Below are positions 1 to 13,389 of a stretch of 64,000 nucleotides of DNA, piece after piece. The notes beneath the pieces are model-generated. The model searched no databases, was not told where the DNA came from, and worked only from the letters and a program-made list of their open reading frames with translations. The stretch comes from Amphiscolops sp. MND2022 (taxonomy: Eukaryota), in NCBI GenBank assembly GCA_964187785.1, contig OZ076415.1, positions 60,760,001-60,824,000 of the forward strand. The letters are read 5' to 3'. The position numbers and the translations under genes were made by a program. Positions within the stretch are counted from its first letter, which is position 1; every line of letters begins with the position of its first letter.

Positions 1-717
1 TGGTTGTATTCAGATGAAGTTTGCTTTTTAGCAAGTGGATTCAGTGTCAGTTTTGCATGGGTTTTTGTGACGACAAAAACCATTTCCCAATAACAAACAA
101 AAATATTACTTCAACCAAATCGGTAATGCAATAAAACCAAAATGCAATAAAACGGTAATCCAGTAATATTTACCGAACCAGAACCACGTTACGCCCGACC
201 CCTTAGGTCCTCCTGACAATTCGTTGGCTTCGCCTTGTCTTAGAAAAGAACTTAGGAGTTAGCGGCAAAATTTTGAACCACATTTCTAGACTACGTTACC
301 CTAACAAAAGGAACTCAACCTAACGATAGTTACTTGCAGTCACCAGTAGTAAAATGACACATTCAGTACATGCAAAAAGACAGTAAGAACCGCCTAACAC
401 ATGCAATTTGTGTGATCACAACATGAACCCGAGCCTACATCTGTTGCGTAATGAGCCTCCTTAAAACAACGATTCAGCTAACGCAAATTTCAATTCAAGA
501 AGCGTCCAAACAAGAATCTCAATTCCAAAAACATCTGCGTATTTACCAAAGTCAACGGGTATAAGTATTAGCCATACATCATCAAAATCAAACAGCAATC
601 AACAAGATAAAAAATAATACTGCCAGAAAACAAAGTGAAAACTAAAATCAATCAACTTCAAAAATCTAAAGCTAAAAAGCGAAAAGTTCACTTTGAAAAG
701 TCCAACAACAGGTGAAA

Positions 718-3700
718 CTACACTATAAGTTTTCGGGGACAATACTCTTCGGATGACTTGGATTGAGCCGTTTGCGCAAATAACGCACTATCAGCTGAGT
801 CATTATCCATGATAGCGAAAGCCGGACGCCCTCCTTCTCCACTTGGCCCCACAGCAGACCCGGTATCTGCACTCGAACTCGCAACTTTTTTCGGCTTCGT
901 TGGTACACCACCAGATCTCTGCCCTCTGTTCCTTCCCAATTGAGCAGTCCGAGTAGGTTGTTTCCGCTTAGGAGTGATTTTTGCTGGAATATCACTACTT
1001 ATTCCCACCGATGCTTGAGTCCGAGGGCCCCGTCCATCAACCGCCTTAACACTCGTTCCTTGACCAGATATCTTCTTCGTCGGACTTTTGACTGCAACAG
1101 CATTCGCCTCCAGCGTCCTTAATTGCTCGCACACAGTCGATCGATACTCGTCCACAACTGGAACATCCGGGAGCCCACTAGATGATCCAAGCGCAACAGA
1201 ACAACGATCATACAAATCATCGATTTCCACCTTCAGCAGTTGTTCCCAGGGAACACAGTGAGATTCATCTTGCAACCGTGACGTTTGCATGTCCGTTGTC
1301 TGACAGTGACGCGTAAAACCAGTCATAGAGCATCGAGACTGCCCTACGAATCCACTGGACATCCAACTCCAAACAGGATGCAAACTGGAAAACATTACTC
1401 CGTCATCGATGACTGTTACTCCCAGGTCTCTGAAATCGGTCTTATAGCATCCGTGTATCATTCCACCAAACACAACTTGAATAACTACCAGCAAAGCTTG
1501 ACATCGCGACCAGTTAGGATATGACATCCACATCGCCACAATATCATCAATCACATGCATCCCAGTTGCCCACCGTCGCTTGAAATACTCCATCACTTCA
1601 CGGTATTGCCGGAGAATGATCCCTCCGTTGTCTGACTCGCACAGATCACTGAACCTCAACACTGAGACAGTTGCTACCAGTCGGTCCACTAAGCGGTCCA
1701 TCGATCCGTTAAACAGCAAAGTTGGGTCAAATGGCATTAGACTCAAATGCCGTATCCAGCCCTGCTCAAACTCGTCCACAAACTGACCACAGATGCTCTT
1801 CAAGAACTTCTGGACATCCCGGTAGAAATAGGGACGCTGCTGACTCACGTCGAACCGGAAATATTGTCCGAACAAAGCCTGATATCGTGCTTCGTCGATC
1901 GTTCCACACTCTCTTCCGCGGTAGCTCAGCAGTCCTTGCACATCGAACTCCACAGGTAGATCGTCCGACCCATACACTAGAGTCCACAGAGCCCACAAGA
2001 ATAGAGCCAACTCACGCTCGAAACAGAACACCCGATCTCGGCCTGAACTGCACAATCGAGGGCACTGAGCTACAACTAAAACAAAAACACACCAATTAAG
2101 CCTATAAAACAACCGACATACGATACACTACCCAACCCAAAGCTCTACCAAAACACCCTCCCAAGTACCAAGCGGAACTAAGCTACGAAACAACATACTC
2201 ACCGGTTTCGAGTATGAACTTGAGGACGGCGAAGCGCGGTCGTGCCATCGCATCTTTGAAAACTTGTGTTTCCATGGAGGTTATGTTCCTCGTCTCCAGA
2301 CCGCCGACTGCCCGGTGGACCCCGAAATACACACCCAGGTCATCCCATCGTTCTACCAATTCCGCACACAAGCTAGCAAGATCCGGGATCCGCGCCACTT
2401 CCCCAGCAACAAACTAAAATACACGATAAGGAAATATCGAACATGAACACTTGCATACTTTTAGCCCAGTCACAAAAAACAAAATAAATAAAATAACACA
2501 AAAGAAACAAATAACTAGTAAACGACACGATACTCACTCTTTGTAACATCGGCATTTGGTCGAAAGCACTGTCTGAGATGACCGCGGACAAACGGTACCG
2601 GAAACACTCCAGCACTCTAAAGGGCTCGAGCCCACTGAATTCCTTTAGAAACTGCCGCGAGATGACTTCTCGCATCCAATCCAGATCGAACGGTTTGCCG
2701 ACCACGGGCACCACAGGGTGCGACACTGTAGCTAAAGCCCGCCCCAAGCGAATGTTGTCTGAGACACACACAAAGGACAAGCCTCTGACACATGCGAGGA
2801 CGGACAAAGTATTCCGCAACAATTTTTGTTCCCAATTATGACCAGCAGGAACCACAGCCAGAACAAAGGACTTGACTGTCAGACCGTCGAACACATGACA
2901 GTCCAAGCGACGCAAACTCCCGTCTCGCATTTAGTGAAATCCAAAACGTGCCCCAGTGGCCAACATGGCGTCGAACTTCTCAATTACATATGGATAAACA
3001 CCATAAAGCACCAGACTCTCAACACAAACCAACCCACAAAGTTAACGCAGGGCACAACAAGTCCAAACACCTCCCTAATGATCCCCCCATCAACACTCAA
3101 ACACACCAAAACGAAGTATACATAGTTTTCACAAAACCACAGACACTTCACCTAGAAAAACAACGAACGACGACAATTACCTGACATCCACTGTGAGCCA
3201 GCGAACGCACAGCAAGTCGAACTTCACCACGAAGATTGTCTGCCCATCTCTCCATGAAGTTAACTATGGATCCAAATCCAGTCATTGACACGAAACAGTT
3301 TATGAAATTACACAACCACACATAGGCAGCACTCTCATCAGACAACTTCGGCTTTTCCGCTGACTCTGCCTCCGCAACTTCAATGGCAATGCGCTCTTCA
3401 ACAGTCAACCCCAATGCAGATTCCAGATACACAGGGGGTTCGAACATTTGCTCCATTCGAATTCTCTGATCTTCCTCCTTTGAAACGGGACGGACATGAC
3501 CGGTCCAGCAGAGGCTTATTCATCATAATTCGGTACTTCTGTTCTAAGCGAGTGTGTTCCCGCCCTCTCCAGTGGTCCCACAAGTTAAGCAATCCTCGTC
3601 CCGCTATGCTCAGGTCTACCTTACATAACAAAGAGCGAGCGAAGCCATCGATGACCCTCTTGCTTCTAGGGAATCCAACAAAAGTCCCGACGACACCAGA

Positions 3701-4941
3701 CACAAAAAAAGATGGCTTCAAAGTCTTGATAGGTCTTTTGCGCACTAAACCAAAACAAAACTACAAAAAAAAACAGTTTTATCTACGCTAGTTTACGTTA
3801 AGTTACGCCCTTAAGCTTAACTGACCACTTGATCACACCATTCCAACTAAAACCCCTCACGTGATCTTTGGAGATTCTTACCAGGTTTTGCCGATGACGG
3901 GGGAATGCCGACACCAGATACTGAAGTGTCATCACCACCGTGCCCAAACTCAGACAGCACCACGGATGACTCCGAGGGACTTCGTCGTGACGTCCCAGCA
4001 AGACTCCCAGCCACACACCTCGAACGGGATACACTGGGCATGGACGGCAACTCTGCATTAGGCTCAACCAGCGGACGTCCTGACTCCTGCAATGCTGTTT
4101 TCATCTTGGCCCAGAAATCTTCTGCTGCCAAAACACCCACAGTCCCGAGGTGCCCCAACGTTGACTCAACAGCAGCCTTTACCCACTGATTCAGCTCGTG
4201 CTCTATCCGATTGGATTGAACAACTCCGATAATCGCCCAACGGCGACTTCAGCACGCACTCCAGCATCTGCAAATAACAACAAACAACCAAATCTATAAT
4301 TCCCCATCGGAACCCGTTACTAGATGGACGTACACAACCCAAACCCCCAGACAGAGAGCATCCAGTTCAGGTGACTGTTATTTAGCAACGACACAACACA
4401 TGATTCACTAACCGAGATGCGACGCCAGAAAGGCATCCAATCTGCGGAAAAGCGCTGCAGTCCCGACTTCTCCACTATCGCCGCTTCCAGACGCAACAGA
4501 ACGACGGAACCGTCGCATCTAACTGATGAGCTCAGGCATGGTAACATCAGCTGAAACAACGCCAGAGTATTTCCAAACACCCTTTCTTATGAATGCTAAC
4601 TTCCCGGCAAGCACACGGAACAAACGTGCCCTTAACCGACACTGCAGACATACTGACACAAGCTATATGACTGCCACGGACAGACCCAACAAGGAACGGG
4701 AAAAATGCCACAAAAATCAAAAGCACTCACCGAATTTTTGAGATCCAGCGACATTCGATGCAGTAACACGCGTGGATAACTGACAACATTGACTGGCCTC
4801 CAACATAAAATCGGGCAGATTTAATCCAACGCCACTCTCCTCGAACGTAGGGGCATCCACCCCTGCCATTTGGTTCGCCACTTCTGACACTAAATCAGAC
4901 AACGAAGCACCAAAGGCTAGGGCATCTTCGTTCTCAGACAT
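718..4941 (-). pseudogene. Spliced, decaying gene with a BED-like zinc finger and a hAT-transposase-like body
   Basis: Frame-preserving junctions 3181/3017, 2538/2413 and 2203/2075 (donors GTAATT, GTGAGT, GTGAGT). Motifs: LCKVDLSIAGRGLLNLWDHWRGREH (3554-3643), VSDN, LCAELVERWDDLGVYF, FYRDVQKFL..LSLMPFDP, DDIVAMW. There is an in-frame TAA at 2931-2933 and apparent frameshifts further 5'. Confidence 0.55.
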
Positions 4942-5797
4942 AAGGAGGACAGATTAACGATAACCAAATAAACACTGAACATCACGATCGATGACGACTA
5001 CAGTAGCTCATTTCTCCATCACAAATTGAGATAAGCTGATCAATGATTTCACATTTGTTATGATGGAACCCACACCCTAGCCAAACAGGTCTACCCAAAT
5101 TGACCTCCAGCAGCGGTTCTTATACTAATTATAGCCCAAACGTTAAAGGCATCTGTACATGCCGATCAAAATGTAGCGGAGCTTCGGATCACGATATCAA
5201 TAAAAAACAAAAAAAAGAGTGCGATCCCCCAACGAAGAAATATGATGGTCACAACACAACACCACGGCTACCTTAGCACCCACTCGCAAAAAACATCAGC
5301 TGAATGAAACCAAAAAAGTCGTCGGTAGGGAAATGAGCAGCGCAGTTACTTTGCAAAGGAAGTAAGAATGAACAACTATAATGTAAGGACAATGAACGGG
5401 AACAATTTACAGCAACTGATTACAACTCGACTGATTTTCAAGCTCTAGCATTCTCCAATCATTTAACTGCCGACGAATGATACGAAATTGCCTGAGTAAA
5501 CAAATACCACAAGACGCACAACGGGACGACGTGGCTATCCAAATGCTTAAACAAACAACATACTATTCTTCACTCTTGTTTCCCGCCATTGCCATTAATG
5601 AAAGTTGTTCACGCTTCCGAGTACACACTCGCTTGCAAAAATCTACATGGATGATTCTTAAAATCCATCGCGACTACCATTTGCCAAATGACTCATATTG
5701 GACGGCTACTCTTCCCCGCCCCAACCTGGAATTTAACACCACAACATTCCCGTACGTTTCTGTCCTCTATCCCTACACTCTGCTCTCTCTCTCTCTC

Positions 5798-5811
5798 AAG
5801 AAAGGAGGGAA
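5798..5811 (+). promoter_or_regulatory. Polypurine tract (PPT) abutting a TG LTR start
   Basis: 14 purines directly before TGTAAT. Confidence 0.55.
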
Positions 5812-6413
5812 TGTAATGCCCGAACAGCATGAAGGAAGGAGTGAGAAATCAAAAACTGTTTCATTTAAATAAATGCACTGAATTCCAAGTTATCACGTAC
5901 TGTTAAAAGCCATAATTCATTTGCTAATCAGTGCTGTTAAACAAATGACGACTGGCTTAACCAGTCGTCAAATTCATATTTACTAGCGCAACGACCACCG
6001 CTTTAGTTCATTACATGCAAACATGACTGAAATATTCAGTCGTCGAATTCACTCACCACTATTATGATGTCCCTAATTACGGTGCATCTATATATTGATA
6101 AAATATTCACTGGGATTGTCAGTCATCAATGAGTACCTGTACCATCATCAATGTCTATTATCCCGATTTGTCTAAATAAACATAGCCATGACTGAAGTTA
6201 TCAGTCGTCAACAACATATTTCATCAGTTCAATGCATTAAATCTCATATTTGACCAAGTATCCACACATGTAGGACTGAAATACTCAGTCATCATACCCA
6301 TTATTTTAAACGTGATTATGTACTTTATTAGACTTCAACATGTACACATTCATTTCATTAGTACAAGGTAACCATGACAACCATACAATGCAGTTTTACT
6401 CTCTGGGCTAGAT

Positions 6414-6800
6414 TGGTAACTACCATAATTGAGTGCTATGATGACTAAGAGGCGCGGTCATACACAATACGTTGTTGCTATAATTGGATCAAACGAAACA
6501 AAACGGTTGCTATAACGACTGAAACGACCGGTCGTACATTATATTCATATTCGGCATTGATGCTAATTAACACCTGCTAGTGAGCGCAATACGATTGGTT
6601 AATACAAAAGGTGTCAAGACGCCGGGACCAGTAAAGCGTCGACACCAGAGAGGTCACAACAACGGTGATATCCATACTGCATAGTTGACTACCTTGACTT
6701 GTTGAATTGCACTTAGAATTATTAACCTTTTCGTGATTACAAACATTGTTACACAATAAACCTTCAAAACTCCATCATTTTGTTTATCTGGTAACTACCA
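6414..6800 (+). mobile_element. Putative second LTR (~387 bp)
   Basis: TGGTAACTACCA at both ends (TGGTA...TACCA inverted termini), AATAAA near 6755, followed by a gag-like ORF start. Confidence 0.45.
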
Positions 6801-6840
6801 GGTCACAGAGCAGTAGAAGGTTCCAAACTGGAAATATAAA

Positions 6841-7114
6841 TATGGATCGAACAAGCGACAATGAAAGCGAAGCGAGTTTTCCAGACGTCTTATCTAGAGA
6901 ACAAATGACGGAACTAGATAGTGACAATCTCCTAAACGACCGAAATAACATTGAAAGGAACATGATCGATCAGAGATTCTACGAGATGAATAGACAAATT
7001 GTAGAACTGACCGACTTAGTTCTCGCTCTGACACAACAAATATCCTCTAATCATAGAGAAGGGAATGGACTTAATATGGCAAAGTCTAGTGCCAATGGTC
7101 ATTCCGACAGATAG
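6841..7114 (+). pseudogene. Truncated gag-like N-terminus
   Basis: MDRTSDNESEASFPD...MNRQIVELTDLVLALTQQI coiled-coil just after the putative LTR, cut off where LINE sequence begins. Confidence 0.35.
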
Positions 7115-9630
7115 TGCCGAAAAACAAGCTTTAAGATCGCCGAACGTTTTCTTGATGCCGAAAACATTAAAAGTCAAACAGGTACCCATTGACCAAACGA
7201 AAATTGTATAGGAAAAAGTGGCACCGTGTCGAAAAAAAAACCGTATTTCTTTTCCACAATCATTGAGAAAACTCGTCAGTTCCACAGGATCAGAACCTAT
7301 GGAAAAAATCTCGGTTCCGAAAAACGTAAAAGAAGGGAACCATTGGGTTTTTTATCATCCAGTTTGTTGCATAAAATCAAAATAACCAATGATGGGCCTT
7401 TTAAAACATCAAGACAAAACAACCTTGAAAAGATAGGAGAGACTATTATGCTTTGTGTAGAATTATTCACACCAATGAAAGAATTAACAGAGACAAAAGT
7501 GTAAAATGACTGGATCAACAAAAAATTGAAGAACGAAGTGTTTTAAAGTTGGATAAAATATACAACTGAGTAAAACAAAGTATATACAAAAACCAAAGGA
7601 ACATGGTGACAACACTGATAAAAAATGCCAAACGCCGACGCAATTATGATAAACCTGGAAAAAATCCAAGAGCAAAATTTCTTTATCGCAACTTGAAAAG
7701 TTATAGAAGACAACTGTAAACGTTTCTGAACTGGAAAAAACTAACCAATTTTTCACAACCATTGGACCAAAATTGGCCTCGTCTATTCATCCTGCTAAAC
7801 ACAAGTTTTAAATTGTTAAACTTGAGAAGTCAATGGTATTGAAAGACGCGAACGAATTGGAAGTTTCTAAGATAGTTGTTCGTTTGAAAAACAAAAAAGC
7901 AGTGGACACGATAGCATCAGTAACGAAATTTTAAAAAGTTGTTCTCCAGTAATTGAAAAATATTTGGCGGGAAGTTTTAATTACTGCATTGAGAAATTTT
8001 TTAAGGTGTTACCTTTATTCAAAAAGGATGACGAAAGTCTACCATGTGACTACCATCCAATAAGCTTTTTGAGCTCCCTTGGTAAAGTTTTTGAGAAACT
8101 TCTGTACAAGCGAATGGTCAAGTTTTTTAAACAAAAACAGTCTCTTTACCTCATCGAAGTATGGTTGCAGACCAAAAGATTTTTTCGCTCATACAATTGC
8201 CGAAATAACTGACTTCAAAAGAGGTGAAATTGATGAAAATTGAATAACAAGTTTTCCTGATTTCCAGAAAGCTTTCGAATCGTTAGGTCACTGAATACGG
8301 TTAGCAAAACAGTATTTATGGATTCAGAGGACCGATTTGTTAAGTAATGGTTGACTACCTTTCATGCAGATCAAAGTATGTATTTGTGAATGGCAATCGG
8401 GGTGATTTTGCCCAAATTACTACGCGAGTTCCCCAAGGGTCAGTTTGCGGTCGGTTGTTGTTTCTGGTATACATCAATGATTTTCCCCAGACCTTTCAAA
8501 ATGATAATAAATTTGCACTTTTCACAGATGACACATCCAATATAAAAACTGGAAGTAAAGTGTAACATGCAAATCGACTTAGGTGAAGTTTATGATTGGT
8601 TCATTTGTAACAAATTGTCTACAAACTGTGAAACTATGTCATTCGGTAGCAACCACCAAATTACGCTAACAGTTCATAACGAAGTCATTTTACGAAACAC
8701 ATGCTGTAAGTATTTGGGTGTGTAAATTGACTCGAATTTAACATTCAGAGACCATGTTAATTACGTAGTAAAAAAGCTCAATAAGTTTTGCGGCCTGATC
8801 TATAGAACTCGGGATATTCATCCAAGAAAATGTTTAATATCGTTCTACAATGCGTATGCTAGGTCGGTGGTTTTGCTATGGCCTTTTGATTTATGGGAGT
8901 GCGGCAAAAACAAACCTTTAAAAATCGAAATGACACAAAGACGAAATATTAGAGTCATCTTATTCAAGAAAAATATGACAGTTTACAAGATATTCCGCGC
9001 CAAACCGAGCTGAAAACAGTTTTTGAAATGTTCATTGCGGATGTATTCGAGAAATCTTTAATCAGCTGAGATCTAACGGAACAACGAAATTTTCAAAACT
9101 CGTTGTTGAAACGAAACATCTAAAAACGAGGGGATCGAAAAAAGGGATCTTGCAAATACCCTATAGCCGAACAAAAAGTAAATCAAAATCGGTTGAACAT
9201 ACACTGATCAAATGATATAATTGGTTGCTGAAAATTAACTTAATAACTGATAGTATCAAAACCATGTCACAGGGTTAAATCAAAACATACCTGAAAACCC
9301 TAAATAGGCTTTTTGTATAAGACAATAGTGACCTTTTTGCATTTTTTTCCAAGAAAAAAGGGTCATCGTTCTTAAGATACTACTGGATCTTTAACATTAA
9401 CCAAAGAATAAATAATGAAAATTTTACTGTGTACAAACTAGTGATTCTGAATAATATGTAATTCACTTTGAGTTGGTCTGAATTTGGTTCTCTAGTATTC
9501 AGGGCAGGAACTCGAAGAGCTGATTATGCTCCTTTTCTGTCCTGCTTGAGCGTTTTTTCCCTCATGTTTTGATAATTGTCATGTTGTATTATGTATACGT
9601 TCAAGAAAAATACAACTTTCAACTTTCAAC
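7114..9630 (+). mobile_element. 5'-truncated decayed LINE (CR1/L2-like), reverse transcriptase remnant
   Basis: VLPLFKK...YHPISFLSSLGKVFEKLL, VPQGSVCG.LLFLVYIND, ALFTDDT, KYLGV remnants; (TTTCAAC)n-like tail near 9614-9630. Confidence 0.85.
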
Positions 9631-12300
9631 CATCCATTTTGAGTTTCAATTTCTTGAAAGTTCTTTCACGGCATTATCGGAATACGATTCCACCGTAACT
9701 GGCGTTTTCAAATTTTGTTACTGATCTGAGTCAGCGAAATATACTTTTAAATAAGTGTGCGCTGATTCAAGTGGCGGAAACTAGCTTCTGTTAGGGACTT
9801 CCAACGTTTTGGGATGCACTCGAGATTTCAACGTATACAGGATAGCTGATTTGATTTGTTCGAACTAGCTCGAACGGCTAAATTTTCTGCCCGGCAAAAT
9901 AACCAGAAGTGAGAGCGCTAGTAAATGGAAAAACAGAGCAAAAAAGGTGTCCGTTTTTTTCATTGGTAGCAGCTCACAAACGAATTATTAGGGATACGTT
10001 TCCAAACAGGGAAGAAGATGAAATGATGACACAATAGGAAAATCGAGAAAATGTTCAAAATATACAAAACCGGACTATAGATAAAATTAGGTTCTTCGTC
10101 AGAAAACAGATTCAAGGAAAATTTTGCCCCAATTTTAGTTTGCCTTGAAGATTTGGCTGCATAAGGTGGCTGTGGTGATGAGACAGGGTTTTAAAATGAA
10201 GCAATTTATCCAAAATACGAACAATTTGAGAATAGAAGCGAGACTTTGTGTCAATCCAAAGGAAAATGCACAAGAAAAAATACTATTGGCGATTGCAAGT
10301 TATCGCAGAAGTGCCTTTCTTCATTAAAATATACAAGAGGAACAAGACACTGTTTCTCTCCGATTTTGCCTCTGGTCTCTCGTTACAATGTACTTTGCCA
10401 GTTATTTGAGGGGAAAACAGTTTCTACCCAAAACACACCAGAAAATGCTAAAATGAATTTTACGAAATTATTCGAAAAAATTATTTGCTTTAAAAGAATT
10501 CATTCTGATTCGCTCAGAGGTTTATAACAAGAAAAACGCAATTTCTAGATAAAACGAGTACAAAGATAATGAAATCAAGAAAATGGACCCACCCGGTCAA
10601 AAACTCTCAAGACAAGATGCAAACAATTTTTTTCTTCTCAGGAAGCGAACATTAAAAAAACGGAAAATAATTCAAGCTAATCCACAAGCATTATTCGAAA
10701 ATGATCCATTTCCAAGAATGGGACATGAATGACGTCAAAGGCAGAATCTGGATTATTACGGAAGTAATATTATAGTAACTGTTGGTAGATTTCCTTTCGA
10801 TGAGACCACAATATTCGCTTCAGGCTTGTTTTAAATTGAATGCTGCTTTCGAATAAGTGTCAAACTGATTCATGTTTGGATCTGAACTGAACCTGATACT
10901 CGATGTTAAGTCATTTTATTTTTAATTTAAAAGATATAATGATCGTGTAAATAAAGTTAGGATGACTAGACTTTCTTCGGAGATTTTGAAAAGTAGGTCG
11001 TTTTAGTATAAGATGAAAGGAGCTTCGGGTGATGGCGCCATCTACCGGTGGGAAACAGTGTCTGGTCAGATGTTGAATGACGTAGAGAGGAAACGACCGT
11101 TGACAGTACCTAGCTTCGCAGAACCACTGCCCAAATTCAATCACAAGTACCAGGTTCGTCAACCCATCAGCAACTGAGCACTTAGTATTAAGAAAATAAT
11201 GAAAAAAAATTCGCTGCCGTTTGAAACATCGGTGTGCATTATTGTTTACGATAGTCCGATCAAAAATGAAAATTGGACTGTTGAAAACAAGAAAATTCTT
11301 TCTAATTGTATTCCATGTGAATTTAAGTTATCTGGCGTATCTGGAAATAATCAAAAATTTCGAAAAAGTTTTACACTTTTTTGCCAAAGATCTAAAGAGC
11401 GTCCAACGCTAACAAAGCATCCTCCCTTGAAAATGTCACATCTGTATTTGATATACAATGCTGTTGAGACCAAAATATCCCCTTTTGCAATTTTTGGCAC
11501 TAATTTTTGTCCTCCATTTGGTTTTTCTCATCTTTTTAGTGAGAAAAAGGTCATTTATGTGCGTCCAAAGAGTTCTTCTTTTAGAAAAACTTTTTTTTGA
11601 AAACCGTACCTGAGAGTAATTGGAAGGATCTGTGCTCTTTGAGCCATGAGCGGGGCACCGACTTATTCCTGGCTTGTTACAGTAGACATGAAAGCTTTAG
11701 GTGTAACCATTTTTATGAAAATTGCCGATATACGAGCAAAGATTTCAGACTTGGCTGGATTTTGTTTCAGAGCAACTTTGCTGAGCAGAACAAGTTCTCT
11801 GACCATGACAATAGAAATAGCACGCAGAACTTCGGAGAGTATTTTGGAAGGGTACGTTCTCATTTCTTTTCATCAAAGTCACGTGTTTGAACCAAGCATG
11901 CATTGGTTGTTTGTTACACTTGATCAACTCAAGGAAGAAAGCATCTACAACAAGAATGCAAAAGCACATAAAGTTGCCCACCAAAGTTGCTTTGCCGTGG
12001 AGAATCAAATTCCAGAAAACCCAATTTTTCAAACATTCAAATAGACGCAAACAAAGTATATCGCAACTGCGTTTCTCTGCTAATGAAACATGAAAAATTA
12101 TTCACCTTCTTTTTGGTGCCAAAATAGAATTAAAAGCAGAAATCAACTATCTGATCCTTTTTGATTAAACACTAGTAAACGGTAATAGATAATAGATGAA
12201 TTCCCATGTTCTTTTCAAGTGTTGAAAAATATGTTGTTTTACTAATAACATCATTTGAACTTTCTTTTAACAACAATATGGTTCTTGTCCTCCCAACAAC

Positions 12301-12555
12301 AGTATGGTTCTATTATCCAGGGTCTAGGCAGGAAACTGTACCCTGACATAGACGCACACCGGTCCCAAGTGGACCCCGCCTTCTGGTACTCGACGTCAGT
12401 AGGGAGACGAGAGAGGATAGACACGGTACAGAGGAGATCGTACAGACACAGACCCAGCAATCTCAGAGCCCTCACCCATTCTGGCACCCAGGAGGAGAGT
12501 CCTAGACCTTGGACCACGGCCATACCCCCTGAGAGCAACTTCAACGTGCCCGCAG
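12301..12555 (+). CDS. Penultimate exon of an uncharacterised host gene
   Basis: GC-rich island in AT-rich DNA; caacag acceptor; open frame YGSIIQGLGRKLYPD...NFNVPA(G); a phase-1 GC donor matches the next exon. Confidence 0.6.
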
Positions 12556-12919
12556 GCAGGGTCCCCTAAATAATTTATTCTAATTACATTACATTGAATC
12601 GTTATATAAACAGATACTTGAGTATTTTCACCGGGCGCAGTTTCAAAGTCAGCTGAACTTTTGTGAATTAATCAAAAAACCACAACATCACACCAATGCG
12701 CAAACTTTTGAACGTTTTGTGTACGAATAGTTGCCTGAATGATTTGCAACTTGAAAACTAATTTTTCCTGGCTAAAAAGCTAAAGAGCAGATTTCTTGCT
12801 CCAAGTTTCAGCAACTTGATCATAATCCATACATATTATTTATGTACAACCAAAGTATAAGAGTTCAACAACCATCCAATGTTTTTCACATATCGACTAT
12901 AGCTGTACCCTTTCTGCAG

Positions 12920-13131
12920 GTGTGATTAATCAACGCCACCTACAATCCAAGATGTTTCATCGCTTCCCTAGGAAACATGGGGAGCCCAAGAAGGGGCTGC
13001 AGAAGATACCCACAGACATAGCCTACCCCAACGAGCCTTTCAGGACTTACCTCCAAACTCTGTGTTCTTCCCAGGAACCTTTCGCCAAACACAATTCTTG
13101 GAAATACTCTTACCACGATGTTAAAATTTAA
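12920..13131 (+). CDS. Terminal exon of the same uncharacterised gene
   Basis: tttctgcag acceptor; VINQRHLQSKMFHRFP...YLQTLCSSQEPFAKHNSWKYSYHDVKI*. Confidence 0.62.
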
Positions 13132-13389
13132 ATTGTTTCCACCCAACAAAAGCTTGTGAGAAAATGAATATGGGTAACGAGATGAGTTTAGTGTTTATGA
13201 GAAGACAACTTTTTTGTTCTCGACAGACGCTGTTAGGGTACATTCCTCTTGCATGAAATTTTATTTACTGCTTGCTTGTCGTAGAGATGCACTAAAAACG
13301 CCAGCTTAAAAATTTGAACAAAAAAAGATCAGGATCTCATATCAGGATCTGGAAAATTCCAAAATAATGACAAAAAAAAACAAAATTGC

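Larger units (their letters stand above)
1..6015 (+). mobile_element. Probable 3' portion of a large LTR retrotransposon (internal region plus start of 3' LTR)
   Basis: Polypurine tract AAGAAAGGAGGGAA (5798-5811) immediately followed by TGTAATG; its inverted copy CATTACA lies at 6009-6015 and AATAAA near 5866. No pol domains are in the window and the LTR end is uncertain. Confidence 0.45.

Noticed and set aside
4522-4560. CTGATGAG...GAAA hammerhead-like string
   Set aside because: Stem II pairing is poor, no stem I/III with an NUH site was found, and it lies in the antisense gene's exon
5477-5872. Plus-strand 131-aa ORF as env or pol tail
   Set aside because: No motif; it runs through a CT microsatellite and the PPT
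11199-12093. Overlapping ORFs as exons of the plus-strand gene
   Set aside because: No recognisable motif or convincing splice sites, and AT-rich unlike the real exons; possibly a decayed TE ORF, left unannotated
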